A DNA stretch of 64,000 bases from Eledone cirrhosa (taxonomy: Eukaryota), in the NCBI GenBank assembly GCA_964016885.1, contig OZ024745.1:24118001-24182000 (forward strand). Reading direction: 5' to 3'. The position numbers and the translations under genes were made by a program. How positions within the stretch are numbered: the stretch's first letter is position 1; every line of letters begins with the position of its first letter. The notes under the pieces are model-generated. The model saw only the letters and a list, made by a program, of their open reading frames with translations. It did not search any database and was not told where the DNA came from. Below, piece by piece: positions 1 to 12,273 of the stretch.

Positions 1-271
1 TTGTATGAATAACAAAGGAGTGAAAAACCAAAGCTCATCTCTGTTGAAACACAGAGAATGAGAACGGATAAAGTCAACCATTTGAAGTAACACCATAACG
101 TCTCTGCTGATTTGGCCGCCAATAGAAATCATAGAAATCAAGTAAATATAGAAATAGTTATATACACAAGATAGAGATAGTCATATACACAAGTGTGGAA
201 GCATGTAGCCTCGTGGTAAACGTGTTGGACTTACGATTATAATGTTATGGGTTTAATATATAAACCGGTAG

Positions 272-512
272 GTTGAAGAAGAGAGCAAAAGGAAGAAAGG
301 AGCACTTGCACAACACGCTCCTGAAGTTGAGGGTTGTTCTATCGACGGGGTATTAAACAATCCATTTGTAACGCCCCCCCCCCCCCCCCTGAGGATTTCG
401 ATTGTTATATTTTCATGTTAAAACCTTTTTTACACGATTGTATGTATTAATAAAATCCCCGCCATATCTCTTTGTATTGTCCCCTTTTCTTGTGTGCCCT
501 TGTGACAAATAA
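272..512 (+). mobile_element. 3' UTR of Tx1/L1-like LINE (severely 5'-truncated)
   Basis: Near-identical to 43585-43815, which follows the Tx1 ORF end (aagaagagagcaaaaggaagaaaggagcactt...gtgcccttgtgacaaataaa). Confidence 0.75.
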
Positions 513-647
513 ATCTATATATAATGTGTGTGTGCGTGCGTACGTGTGTGTATATGGGTGTATGTGTTTGCATTTATATATGTGTACATGTGTGTATGAG
601 AGTTGATGTACTCCTATCTACCTATCTACCTATGTATATATATATAC

Positions 648-713
<66 letters not shown>

Positions 714-1271
714 TATATATATTATATATGTGTGTTTGCGTTTATGTATGTGTACATATGTGTATGAGAGTTAATATACTCGTACATTCCTATATTTAAA
801 TCCCACCCCACCACGTTTTAACAATCCACATTCCTTTTCAATAACCCCACTCCACACTACAAAATTTAATTTATAGTTCTGTGTAGAATACAGCTAATCT
901 TTATTAAAGAAATATTGTCTTATCTAAGTACTATTGTCTCCAATCGTTCTTCCATAATCTTAATCATCTCACAAATTCTCCAGTCCATTTCTCTGTCACA
1001 ATTCTCCATCATATTTATGATTCTACTATATATTTATCTTACTTACGTCTCAGTTCTTACTCCTAAACTATCAACTCGTCCTAACTCCACAACCTCTAAT
1101 ACCACCATTAGTTATTCATTACATGATTCTTTTTAATATTAATTTTTAATATATATTTTTACTATTATCTTGATTATCACCACAATTGTATCTACTGGCA
1201 TTCCGTCGGTTACGACAAGGAATGTTTCAGTTGGAATCAATGGAACAACCAACTTAACGTGCAAGTCATTG

Positions 1272-1395
<124 letters not shown>

Positions 1396-1640
1396 TAACA
1401 GATTAAAGTTTAAGCAAAGAGTCGTTGCTTTCACCCTTATTATTATTACTATATATATATAAGCAACATGCGTTTGGTCACCTTATTCTTGGTGTCACAA
1501 TTCTTTAACGTTTTGCGTTCGATCTGGGTGGAAATGTATCAATTACTCACTCATTGAGGGCTTCATAGCTGCCTCTCATAATTCGATAAACATCTACTAT
1601 CGTGCATCAGCAACTTCGGTTATACTCATTATTATTAATA

Positions 1641-1870
1641 TAAATAAAGTACCAGCCGTGCACTGGGGTAGATTTAATCGACTTTCCTCTCCCCCAGAAT
1701 TGCTGGCCTTGTGCCTATATAAGAAATCATTATTAATATATATATACAGTCTGAGTTCAAATCCCGCCGAGGTTAACTTTGCCTTTAATCCTTACAGGGT
1801 CGATAAAATAAAGTACCAGTAATGTACTGGGTAATTGCTGGCCTTGTGCCTAAAGTAGAAACAATTATTA
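1641..1870 (+). mobile_element. two partial tRNA-derived SINE copies (Deu/Nin-domain-like core)
   Basis: B-box gagttcaaatcc plus core ccgaggttaactttgcctttaatccttacagggtcgataaaataaagtaccag; same family as 2287-2503. Confidence 0.75.
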
Positions 1871-2031
1871 ATATATATATATATTAATAATTGTTTCTCT
1901 CTATATATATAAACGACCTGCTACACATAAAAATCAAACGGTAGCTATCATCAGTCACGTGATAAATTGAAAAATATTAACTTGAAGAAACGATTACTAA
2001 CACTTAGCTTTCAATATGCCTCATTCCACTC

Positions 2032-2599
2032 TACAAGGATCGGCTGTAAGTTTCATAGGCTGACTATGAATAATTGAGGCTAGAGCTGTGAAATCGTACA
2101 CGCATTAATTTCAGCTCTTATTATTAATAACTGCTTACGGCTCTTTACTGTCTCAGTTCAAATCCCTCCGAGGTTAACTTTGTCTTTCATCCTTACGGGG
2201 TCGATAAAATAAAGTACCAGTAATACACTGGGATAATTGCTGACATTGTGCCAAAGGTAGAATCAATTATTAATAACGGCATTGACGGCGGTGGTTTGGC
2301 AGTATCGGTAGAGCGTCGGACAACATGCTTTATCACATAGAGTCCCGGCCCTTTACGTTCTGAGTTCATATCCCGCCGAGGTTAGCTTTGCCTATCATCC
2401 ATACGAGGTCGATAACATAAAGTACCAGTCCACACTGGGGGCGATTTAAACGACTTTCCCCTCCCCAAAATTGCTGACCTTGTGCCTAAATGAGAAACCA
2501 TTATTAATAGTTGCATTGGTTCTTTGAGAAATAAACCTCATTTGGTCATTCCATGAGAGTATCTTGGTCAGCCTATGAACTTTTCAGTCGACCCTCGTA
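2032..2599. mobile_element. mariner-type MITE interrupted by two SINEs
   Basis: TIRs TA-caaggatcggctgtaagtttcataggctgac ... gtcagcctatgaacttttcagtcgaccctcg-TA. An uninterrupted ~200 bp relative lies at 44451-44652. Confidence 0.75.
2287..2503 (+). mobile_element. full-length tRNA-derived SINE; a partial copy precedes it at ~2135-2272
   Basis: A box tggcagtatcgg, B box gagttcatatcc, conserved core gcctatcatccatacgaggtcgataacataaagtaccag, attatt tail. Confidence 0.85.
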
Positions 2600-3243
2600 T
2601 TTCATCATATTGTGTAATTTTTCATTGAATTACATAGACATCCGATTGTACACGCTCCTTTGTGTGTGTATGTGAGTCAGTAATGTATGCGCGTGTGTGT
2701 GTGAGAGAGATAGAGAGAGAGAGTCTGTATGTATGCATGTATGTGTGTGTGTGAGAGAGAGAGAGAGAGTCTGTATGTATGCGTGTGTGCGTGTATAAGA
2801 AGAGAGAGAGAAAAGGATACACTAAGGCAACACAATGAAATATACGCAGACATACACACGTATAGTGGTACATAAATTATCACACTCATACACATACTAT
2901 TACAGTGATATCTATTAAGAGAGACACACTTCAAACCACACACAATATTCTAGATGCGATTCTTCGTCAAAGCGTGTGTAAATCAATTAAAATTAATTAA
3001 ATACCGTGGACTGTCGTAAACAGAGTCTCGCTGTCTGAACATTGCGAGAGGGGGAAAATCTTCAATCGTCTAAGTCTATTCTGGCAATTTCAAGACCGAA
3101 ACTCCCGTTTGGAGAGTTCAGTTAACGAGATGCAAGACAGAAAGGCAACTCTTACAGGCTGAACTGATCAAAGTCTTTTAGAACAATTTAAGACAATGAA
3201 GTAAAAATGGATTTGTCTGTAAGCCAAGTTGATGAAAGCAACG

Positions 3244-3274
3244 GACACATTTCGACCGTATTAGATCTCATCAG
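3244..3274 (-). ncRNA. degenerate minimal hammerhead ribozyme
   Basis: Minus strand: CTGATGA-GATC-taatac-GGTC-GAAA-tgtg-TC. Stem I does not pair. Confidence 0.45.
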
Positions 3275-3845
3275 AAAACCATATTCACGTGTGTGTGTGA
3301 GTGTATGTACGCATGTATGTATGTGTACGTGTATATATGTGTGTGTGAGAGAGAGTGTGTGTATGTATATGTGCGTTTATGTTAAAATGTAACCATGACT
3401 TCAAAGTTTCAGCAAAGCTAGCTCTTCAAACTATATTGGGATAAATAAAATCAGCCGTATAAATATAGAGTCGGGGCAACAAGGATGGACCACATCATTT
3501 GCAAAGGGTGGAATAGCATAATCTAAAAAAGAGAGAAAGATATCAAATATACATTGCTAAGATATGCTTGTATTTAATAGAGAAGAAACGACAATATATA
3601 CGAGATTAGGTGTCTTTCAATAACAATGTGCGTGAGGGAGAGATAGAGAGATAGATAGATAGAGAGTGAGAGAGAGTGTGTGTGTGTGTGTGTGTGTGAG
3701 TGTGTGTGTGTGTGTATGTGTGTGTGTACATGCGTGTGTGTGAGAGAGAGTAGGGGTATTTTATATATGAGGATAATTTTAAATAAAACAAAGAAAAACA
3801 ATAGAAATATCTAGCTGTGTAAGTTGGGAACATAATTAAGTTACC

Positions 3846-4263
3846 GTTTCTGATTTAGGCACAAGGAACAATTTTAGGGGAGCAGAAAGTCGATTAAATC
3901 GACCCCAGTCCATTACTTTTACTTTATTTTATCGAACCTGTAAGAATGAATAGCAAAGCTAACCTCGGCGGAATTTGAACTCAGAACGTAAAGGGACGTA
4001 GCTATGCTGCGAAGCATGGTGTCCAACGCTCTACCGATTCTGCCAATCCACCGCCTTGGTAACATAATTTATAACACTAAGACTAAATGGTATTAGGATA
4101 TTAAATGTTTCTACTTTTGGCACAAGGCCAGCAATTATCCCAGTGTATTACTGGTACTTTATTTTATCGACCCCGTAAGGCAAAGTTAACCTTGGCGGGA
4201 TTTGAACTCTTTGCTGCAAAGCATGGCGTCCGACCCTCTACCGATACTGCCAATCCACCGCCC
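3846..4263 (-). mobile_element. two SINE copies (3846-4054, 4107-4263)
   Basis: Reverse complement of the 2287-2503 family, ending ...gccaatccaccgcc. Confidence 0.8.
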
Positions 4264-4782
4264 TTGGGTATTAGGACCTTAATGGTGAACAATCATACAG
4301 TTGTAATCAAATTTCTAAAGAAAATTCTGATCTTACCTTAAAATATATTTAGTTGTATATACAACACTTACCTATGGTCAGCAATCTTGGGCAATTCCTG
4401 GATTATAAAAAAGTGTCGCTGTAAAATTATGTTTATTAATAGATACAGGAATTTCAAGAGGGAAGCTTATAAGAAATAGTTGTGAAAAATAGCTAAATAA
4501 TTATATTATGGTAGAATTATGCCTATAAATAAATCGGTATTTCCTAAGGAATTAAATTAAATGAAATTATAAGCATAAAGTATTCATGCAATAAATATTT
4601 GAGATATAAAATGTATGTTAGTAAAAATAATATATATGAGAATATATACATATATATATACATACATATATATATATGTATACACAAACACATTTATATA
4701 TATATTAGGTGATATAACACCTAATATGTATATGGTGATATATATATGATATGTATATATATATGATATGTATATATATATA

Positions 4783-5011
4783 TATTTATTAAAATAACAG
4801 ATTAAAGTTTAAGCAAAGAATCGCTGCTTTCACCCTTAACGGGATCTTCTGTTAGTTTCAGAAGATCCCGTTAAGGGTGAAAGCAGCGATTCTTTGCTTA
4901 AACTTTAATCTGTTATTTTAATAAATATTTGCTCTAAGGTTCTTATATATTTGATATATATTTATCCTTATCGAGCCCTCTTTGGATTTTAGTCTTCAAA
5001 TTTATTATTAT

Positions 5012-5012
<1 letters not shown>
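4783..5012 (+). mobile_element. Penelope-like inverted terminal remnant with hammerhead variant at 4854-4904
   Basis: Inverted arm of ~68 bp plus sense copy with extra tail, inside (TA)n. Fold: AGTTT-CAGAAGA-tCCC gttaa GGGt-GAAA-GCA..TGC-TT-AAACT. Further copies at 17950-18028 and ~1390-1437. Confidence 0.7.
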
Positions 5013-5040
<28 letters not shown>

Positions 5041-5046
<6 letters not shown>

Positions 5047-5218
5047 TGAGATTCTACAGGACTAGAACTGTTTCATTCTTTAGAAATCATCATGATGATT
5101 TCTAAAGAATGAAACAGTTCTAGTCCTGTAGAATCTCATCTATATTAAAACTTTTATACTCTGCAATGTATTGAGTACCTTACTTACTGTGGTTACCTCC
5201 GATTCAACCCGGAATAAC

Positions 5219-5219
<1 letters not shown>
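5041..5219 (+). mobile_element. Penelope-like palindromic remnant (same family as 44692-45488)
   Basis: Perfect palindrome centred on catcatgatg (~5091), then a tail ending cccggaataacg. The hammerhead core is cut at the junction (TGATGA...GAAACAG...CTGTA). Confidence 0.75.
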
Positions 5220-5265
<46 letters not shown>

Positions 5266-5353
5266 TAGAAGGAAGTCCAACAAATATAAATGTTTAAAAC
5301 TGATTTAGAGCACTCAACAGTTTACTGGAGTAAATATTTAATATCATTGTATA

Positions 5354-5423
<70 letters not shown>

Positions 5424-5426
<3 letters not shown>

Positions 5427-6479
5427 CCCAAACTGCAATTCTGTGTTTCTCTCTTTCTCTCTTACTGCTCCCTCGTTCTCTTTGTTTCTCTTACTTTCTT
5501 TCGTCCCCTCTGCCACGTCAGTTAACTCTTTCTCTCTACTGACCTCTTCCTCGCACTCCCACTCACTCAGTCCCTGTTTCTCTCCTTCTTTCTTCCTCCC
5601 GTTCGCTGGGAAAACGGTTTTCATTCTTTCTAACACCGGATTCACTAGCGAAAGGTCTGTTTTCTGACTCGCTCATATATTCACACAGCTTATGCTGAAA
5701 GAATAACTATGTTGCTTGTGTTTATTTCCATCTTCGGTTAGCTTCCCCCTGTGTTGTTTACTTGTCTCACTCGCTTTACGCGTTTCTATTGTCCTAATAA
5801 GTTATTTTAGTTATTATCGCTCCAACGTGAGGTATATGATTTTTAATGCGATGAAATACCCATGATCGTTTGGTAAATCACTGATGAGGGACTCATTTTA
5901 TAACATGTTATCCATGTGCAACCAGCAGTATTCTTCTCACCCATATTTTCATATATTTACCCAAACTGCAATTCTGTGTTTCTCTCTTTCTCTCTTACTG
6001 CTCCCTCGTTCTCTTTGTTTCTCTTACTTTCTTTCGTCCCCTCTGCCACATCAGTTAACTCTTTCTCTCTACTGACCTCTCCCTCGCACTCCCACTCACT
6101 CAGTCCCTGTTTCTCCCCTTCTTTCTTCCTCCCGTTCGCTGCGAAAACGGTTTTCATTCTTTCTAACACCAGATTCACTAGCGAAAGGTCTGTTTTCTGA
6201 CTCGCTCATATATTCACACAGCTTATGCTGAAAGAATAACTATGTTGCTTGTGTTTATTTCCATCTTCGGTTAGCTTCCCCCTGTGTTGTTTACTTGTCT
6301 CACTCGCTTTACGCGTTTCTATTGTCCTAATAAGTTATTTTAGTTATTATCGCTCCAACGTGAGGTATATGATTTTTAATGCGATGAAATACCCATGATC
6401 GTTTGGTAAATCACTGATGAGGGATTCATTTTATAACATGTTATCCATGTGCAACCAGCAGTATTCTTCTCACCCATAT

Positions 6480-6485
<6 letters not shown>
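5424..6485. repeat. tandem duplication of a 533-bp unit flanked by (TA)n
   Basis: 5424-5956 is nearly identical to 5957-6485. CTGATGA occurs at 5881 and 6414. Confidence 0.9.
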
Positions 6486-6568
<83 letters not shown>

Positions 6569-7041
6569 TTGTAATAAAATGAAAACGAAATTTCATTTCT
6601 CACTCTTAGTACGGCACTTACATAAAAAAAAAAAAAAAAAAAAAAAAGGTGACGTGGTTGCCTTAACACCGTGCGGCATAAATTCAGGCTGTTCAGTTTG
6701 TTTACAAATGAACAAAGCGGGCGCTATAATAAGCGTCCGCTAAACTTATGCGTACATATATGTCTGTGTACCTGTATCTATATATGTATATATATATATA
6801 TATGCATGTTATTTTACGTCTGTATACATATATGTATGTACGTATACATACATACTTACATTTATGTAAGTGCCGTACTAAGAGTGAGAAATGAAATTTC
6901 GTTTTCATTTTATTACAACTCATCGTTTTCGGTGCGCCTGACCGATTTAACTCACTCGATATGCAAATTAGGCTGCTCAGCCGTTAATTTTCATAAGGAA
7001 AGTATATACTTTCGAACGTTCAACTATCTGGCAGATGGGTA

Positions 7042-7086
7042 AACGGTGCTGATGATAGCTAACAAGCTTGAAACTAGTACATCGTT
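7042..7086 (+). ncRNA. type I minimal hammerhead ribozyme (copy 1)
   Basis: AACGGTG-CTGATGA-tAGCT aaca AGCTt-GAAA-CTAG-TA|CATCGTT. 7-bp stem I, palindromic stem III, predicted cleavage after 7079. Confidence 0.9.
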
Positions 7087-7503
7087 CCTGTGTCAGTGTT
7101 GAACAAAAAGGTGACGTGGTTGCCTTAACACCGTGCGGCATAAATTCAGGCTGTTCAGTTTGTTTACAAATGAACAAAGCGGGCGCTATAATAAGCGTCC
7201 GCTAAACTTATGCGTACATATATGTCTGTGTACCTGTATCTATATATGTATATATATATATATATGCATGTTATTTTACGTCTGTATACATATATGTATG
7301 TACGTATACATACATACTTACATTTATGTAAGTGCCGTACTAAGAGTGAGAAATGAAATTTCGTTTTCATTTTATTACAACTCATCGTTTTCGGTGCGCC
7401 TGACCGATTTAACTCACTCGATATGCAAATTAGGCTGCTCAGCCGTTAATTTTCATAAGGAAAGTATATACTTTCGAACGTTCAACTATCTGGCAGATGG
7501 GTA

Positions 7504-7548
7504 AACGGTGCTGATGATAGCTAACAAGCTTGAAACTAGTACATCGTT
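7504..7548 (+). ncRNA. type I minimal hammerhead ribozyme (copy 2)
   Basis: Identical to 7042-7086, 462 nt downstream. Confidence 0.9.
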
Positions 7549-7783
7549 CCTGTGTCAGTGTTGAACAAAAAGGTGACGTGGTTGCCTTAACACCGTGCGG
7601 CATAAATTCAGGCTGTTCAGTTTGTTTACAAATGAACAAAGCGGGCGCTATAATAAGCGTCCGCTAAACTTATGCGTACATATATGTCTGTGTACCTGTA
7701 TCTATATATGTATATATATATATATATGCATGTTATTTTACGTCTGTATACATATATGTATGTACGTATACATACATACTTAC

Positions 7784-7859
<76 letters not shown>

Positions 7860-8199
7860 ATAGATTTATGGTTTACTAAGGAAGGTAGCTATATTAGCAC
7901 TCTATGCTATCGCAGATGGTATTCATTTAGAACAACAAAACGAGGTTTCACGTTCAGGTTATATTGATCAAGGTCAATTACGAACCTTGCACAGATGGGT
8001 GATTCAAGGTGTATATTGATGTTATGGACACAACACCGGCCACAATCTGCTCACCACACTTGTTAATCAAGCAAAACCAGAATCTCATTCTTCCGGTTCA
8101 TTTTCATCGACACAGCTGGAACAAGTTGGTCCTCAGATCTAACGAAATGTACTTACCTGGTATGGCGACGATGTAGTAACTGACCTTAATAATTATATA

Positions 8200-8333
<134 letters not shown>

Positions 8334-8355
8334 GTATATATATATATATATATAC

Positions 8356-8394
<39 letters not shown>

Positions 8395-8413
8395 GGTATA
8401 TATATATATATAC

Positions 8414-8548
<135 letters not shown>

Positions 8549-8572
8549 TTTACGTCCGCTTTTCCCTGCTTG

Positions 8573-8651
<79 letters not shown>

Positions 8652-8652
<1 letters not shown>

Positions 8653-8790
8653 ACGAAAGAAGAGTGGTAAGGAACCAGATGGACCAAAACGTACCAGAGT
8701 ATTCAATACTTAGGGTAGTAGAGTGGGTAATACCGACGGCAGAGCTCAAGCCGTTTCGACGGCTATTTCTGGACTATTTAGTCCAGAAAT
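8652..8790 (-). mobile_element. TA-inserted Penelope-like terminus family (also 22454-22645, 31767-31884, 33668-33842)
   Basis: Shared ...agtccagaaatagccgtcGAAAcggcttgagctctgccgtcgg... Two copies are inverted-arm plus tail structures. Confidence 0.6.
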
Positions 8791-8801
8791 ATATATATAT
8801 A

Positions 8802-9190
8802 TATTTCGTTTCTGAATTTGTTTAGCAAGATTCTTTATCTGAAAACGTGTGTTGAAACCGATATTGTTATACTTTGGGAGGGTCATGTTGCCAATAAGAA
8901 ACACATGCACCAGTTGCTTTCACTTCAATTTATTATAATAAATTTATAAATTTAGGAATTTATAAATTTCCGGTTGGTTGGTTGGTTCCACCACCAGATG
9001 GTTGTTTATATATTGTCAAAGTTCTTTCGTCACACATTCTGTGACCTCTTTAGTGACTGGGGGTTCTTTTCTTTGTTTTTTGTGCCTCTCCTTTGTTCTG
9101 TCCTACGCCATCTTGATGGCGTAGGATAAATTGAAGTGAAAGGAACTGGTGCGTGTGTTTCTTATTGGCAACATGACCCTCCCAAAGTAT

Positions 9191-9195
<5 letters not shown>
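8802..9195 (-). mobile_element. Penelope-like inverted pLTR remnant; hammerhead with core mutation at 9015-9057
   Basis: 9128-9195 is an inverted copy of ~8861-8930. Minus strand GTCA-CTAAAGA-g-GTCACA..TGTGAC-GAAA-GAAC-TT-TGAC. An intact version is at 23532-23574. Confidence 0.7.
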
Positions 9196-9260
<65 letters not shown>

Positions 9261-9268
9261 TATTTCTT

Positions 9269-9307
<39 letters not shown>

Positions 9308-9308
9308 A

Positions 9309-9875
9309 ACTACCGTGCAAAAGTTTAGACAGCTGTTACATGGATATTTTTCAGTAACTTTGAACGTAGCCTGTAATAATACCACCGTTATGTACTGGCT
9401 AGATATAAGATACAACACAGAGTCTTTAAAATAACCCATAGCTCACGTTGAATAACAGAAAATGATTGTAGCTAATATTCTTCATTTGAACAGAACAAGC
9501 TACCAAAAAAATAATACATTTAATAATAAGTCATGCATTTTTGTTTGACATTCAATATCTGCCGGGGTGTATTTACTTGCGCCTCAATGTTTTAGGATTC
9601 AGAAAAATATTAGATGAACATAAATTTCAGGACATCTTTTAATCCTGATTTCATTGTATTGTAATCTCCTTTTATAGATGGCTAAAACCAAGACACAAGT
9701 GGTCAAGTGTGAAGATGCACCTTTTCATAAAGTCAATTTTTCTCATGAACAGCGGGTCTCAATCAGAAATATCAGGAATATTTAAGTGCCTCGAGATGTG
9801 ATATAGTGTATGTAAATCAACAAGATGAAATGTGTATCGAGAGTAATTGAAGATAGAAGATGTAAAATATTAAAA
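9309..9875 (+). mobile_element. decayed Tc1-like transposon 5' part
   Basis: TIR-like ctaccgtgcaaaagtttagaca. Frameshifted N-terminal HTH-like remnant from ATG ~9678 (MAKTK...HEQRVSIRNI...IEDRR). Confidence 0.4.
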
Positions 9876-10263
9876 CTACACTAATATTTTACAACCTTCT
9901 GCTGGTGTGTATAACATAAATTGTTATCTATTTGGAAATATAAAATAGGTTTCAATTATTATAGAGTTCTGACAGCTTTATGTCTACAAGATGAGACTAA
10001 AACAGAATGTTTATTAAGTAATAAATGATTGGAGAAGAGAATTTCATATGAGTCTGAAAAACATAGCTGATAAGTCTTTTTAATGTAGGTATAGGGTTTT
10101 AAAAATTAAAAAAATCTTGCAGTTAGTATTTAACATAATATTTAAAGTATATTTTAAAGATCAAATTTAAAATATTACTTTTTTTCTGTTCTGAGTTTGA
10201 AGTGTAATGCTTCAATATTCCAATTTGAGATAATAACTGTCTTACAATAATTGTTTCTAATTG

Positions 10264-10390
10264 TTGGCACAAGGCCAGCAATTATCCAGTGCATTACTGG
10301 TACTTTATTTTATCGACCCCGTAAGGATGAAAGGCAAAGTTAACCTCGGCGGGATTTGAACTCAGAATGGCAAGGGCCGTAACTCTATGC
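10264..10390 (-). mobile_element. partial SINE
   Basis: Reverse complement of the SINE core and B box. Confidence 0.75.
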
Positions 10391-10670
10391 ACAATCTAAT
10401 GCATTTATACAAAACCCGGAAATGTTTATCTCACTTTTTCTGTCCCAGAAGACAAGTTTTTTGATCAGCCTATATATATATATATATATATAAACATCTA
10501 AACATCTATGATCTGTAGCAAACAGCTGATGAAGGGATACTTTTCTTCTCTTGTTTACCATCCAACCCTTCGTTTTCAGTAACCACACCGACCAGCCCTT
10601 CACCTGTATTTTTGTATTTACTGTTGTGACCTCTCTGCCTGTCTTGCTCGATTTGTCTTTCGGATCCACT

Positions 10671-10758
<88 letters not shown>

Positions 10759-11304
10759 ATTTGGTTGTTTTCGGCCTGGTCACACGTGTCGTAAAACCCT
10801 TTTGGATTAACTCCCTATCCCTTCTCCTCCCTCTCTCTCAGTCCCTCTTGCTCACCCCCTCTCACTTCCGGTTCCTCCATCTTTTTCTCCCTACCCTCAC
10901 TTACAGAAATAACCTTGCTCCGCTGTTATCACCGCCAACGGGCTTATACCCATCGACGGACTATAACTTATTCTACTTTCTCTTCGGTTCCTTTACATAC
11001 ACGAGCCATTGTCCTGTGTCCCAACTTATATCGGTATGATTACTTCGTTTTTTCCTCGTTTTTACTTTTTTTCTTCCTCCTCTCTCTTCCGTATTACTTC
11101 TTTCCCTCATCGCCTTTTGATGGATAAAAGGCCATGGGCGCGCTACAGATCAATGTTCTTTTTTAAGCGCCGATGCATCTATGATCTGTAGTAAACAGCT
11201 GAGAAAGGGATACTTTTCTTCTCTTGTTTACGTCCCGTTCACCTTCCAACCCTTCGTTTTCAGTAACCACACAACCCAGCTGTTCACCTATATATATATA
11301 TAAA

Positions 11305-11740
11305 TGAAAAGTATAGAAATTATTGTGAGCAAGAAGCCAAAAGTATTTCATAAAATATATAAGTGACTATAGCGTCAAAATGGAAAAATAGTTAACGTAA
11401 GATGTGGGAAAATAATTCAAACTCAATTCAAAAAGAATCAGGGCATAGATTCATGTGAAATCCAGGGAAAAATCAATAGAGCCATAACTCAGAATAAAAT
11501 AAAGTTTAAAATACTCATCCTTCAATTTGGAAAAACTACAAATGCTCTGTATAGTCTGAAAAAGACAATTTCACGAAACTTTCAGTGGGGATGGTCACGG
11601 TTGGAGTCGATCATCAGCAGAGCTCAAAGACACTGATAACCAAAATTTCCTCTGTTTATAATATGCCAAAAAGGGAACTTAAAAGCAGGCTAGTTCAACA
11701 TCATGCGTAATTATGAAAATAAACGCACATGTAGAGACAT
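11305..11740 (-). repeat. dispersed repeat with degenerate hammerhead-like core; opposite-strand relative at ~36845-37190
   Basis: Shared CTGATGA-(t/g)cga(c/t)tccaaccgtg... and downstream sequence. Both copies are TA-flanked. Confidence 0.55.
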
Positions 11741-12097
11741 GGCTGGTGACGTCAGAATGAGACGAATGTCTGTTTACATGAAACAACAGTCAAAAACATT
11801 CCGAAAAAAACTCTACAATGTAAGGAGTTCAGCAAAAAGCAATATTATCGCGGTTTATATATATATACATATATATAAAATATGTTGGCTAAAGAGATCT
11901 GTATACATTCTATATATAATACATTGTAGCAGTTTCACAAAACAGTGTTAGTGTTCTATGGATCTATTAATTGCCGTGACTGATAAGGGTGCAATGATTT
12001 ATGCAAATCAATTTATCTGTTTTTGTAGCACTAATTAATAATGATTTTCTTAGAAACGGACAGCTAAAAAATAGAGATTGACACCAAGCGTGACAAT

Positions 12098-12273
12098 TGG
12101 CAGTATCGGTAGAGGGTCGGACATGCTTTCCAGCATAGTTACGTCCCTTTATGGCATGAGTTCAAATCCCTCTAAGGTTAACTTTGCCTTTCATCTTTAC
12201 GGGGTCGATAAAATAAAGTACCAATAATGTACTGAGTAATTTCTGGCCTTGTGCCAAAAGTAGAAACAATTAT
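12098..12273 (+). mobile_element. SINE copy
   Basis: A box tggcagtatcgg, B box gagttcaaatcc, core ggggtcgataaaataaagtacc. Confidence 0.8.

Larger units (their letters stand above)
6565..7788 (+). mobile_element. retrozyme/pLTR-like array: ~2.5 tandem 462-bp units with a 5' inverted arm, in (TA)n
   Basis: Units at ~6643-7104, 7105-7566 and partial 7567-7788. 6565-6625 is the reverse complement of 6862-6922. Each full unit has a hammerhead. Confidence 0.85.

Noticed and set aside
2287-2375. tRNA gene
   Set aside because: The A and B boxes belong to a SINE head; there is no cloverleaf and multiple diverged copies exist.
5262-5350. Short family shared with ~62840-62920 as a hammerhead
   Set aside because: Only a degenerate 3' half is visible, so the ribozyme cannot be supported.
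6643-7788. CRISPR-like or protein-coding interpretation of the 462-bp repeats
   Set aside because: The units are identical with no spacers, the context is eukaryotic, and the ORFs are low-complexity.
8149-8168. gtacttacctgg resembling the U1 snRNA 5' end, or a minus-strand splice donor CAG|GTAAGT
   Set aside because: No U1 body follows and no convincing upstream exon is present.
10526-10580. CTGATGA at ~10526 as a hammerhead
   Set aside because: No downstream GAAA or stem III, and it is not conserved in the repeat copy at ~11198.
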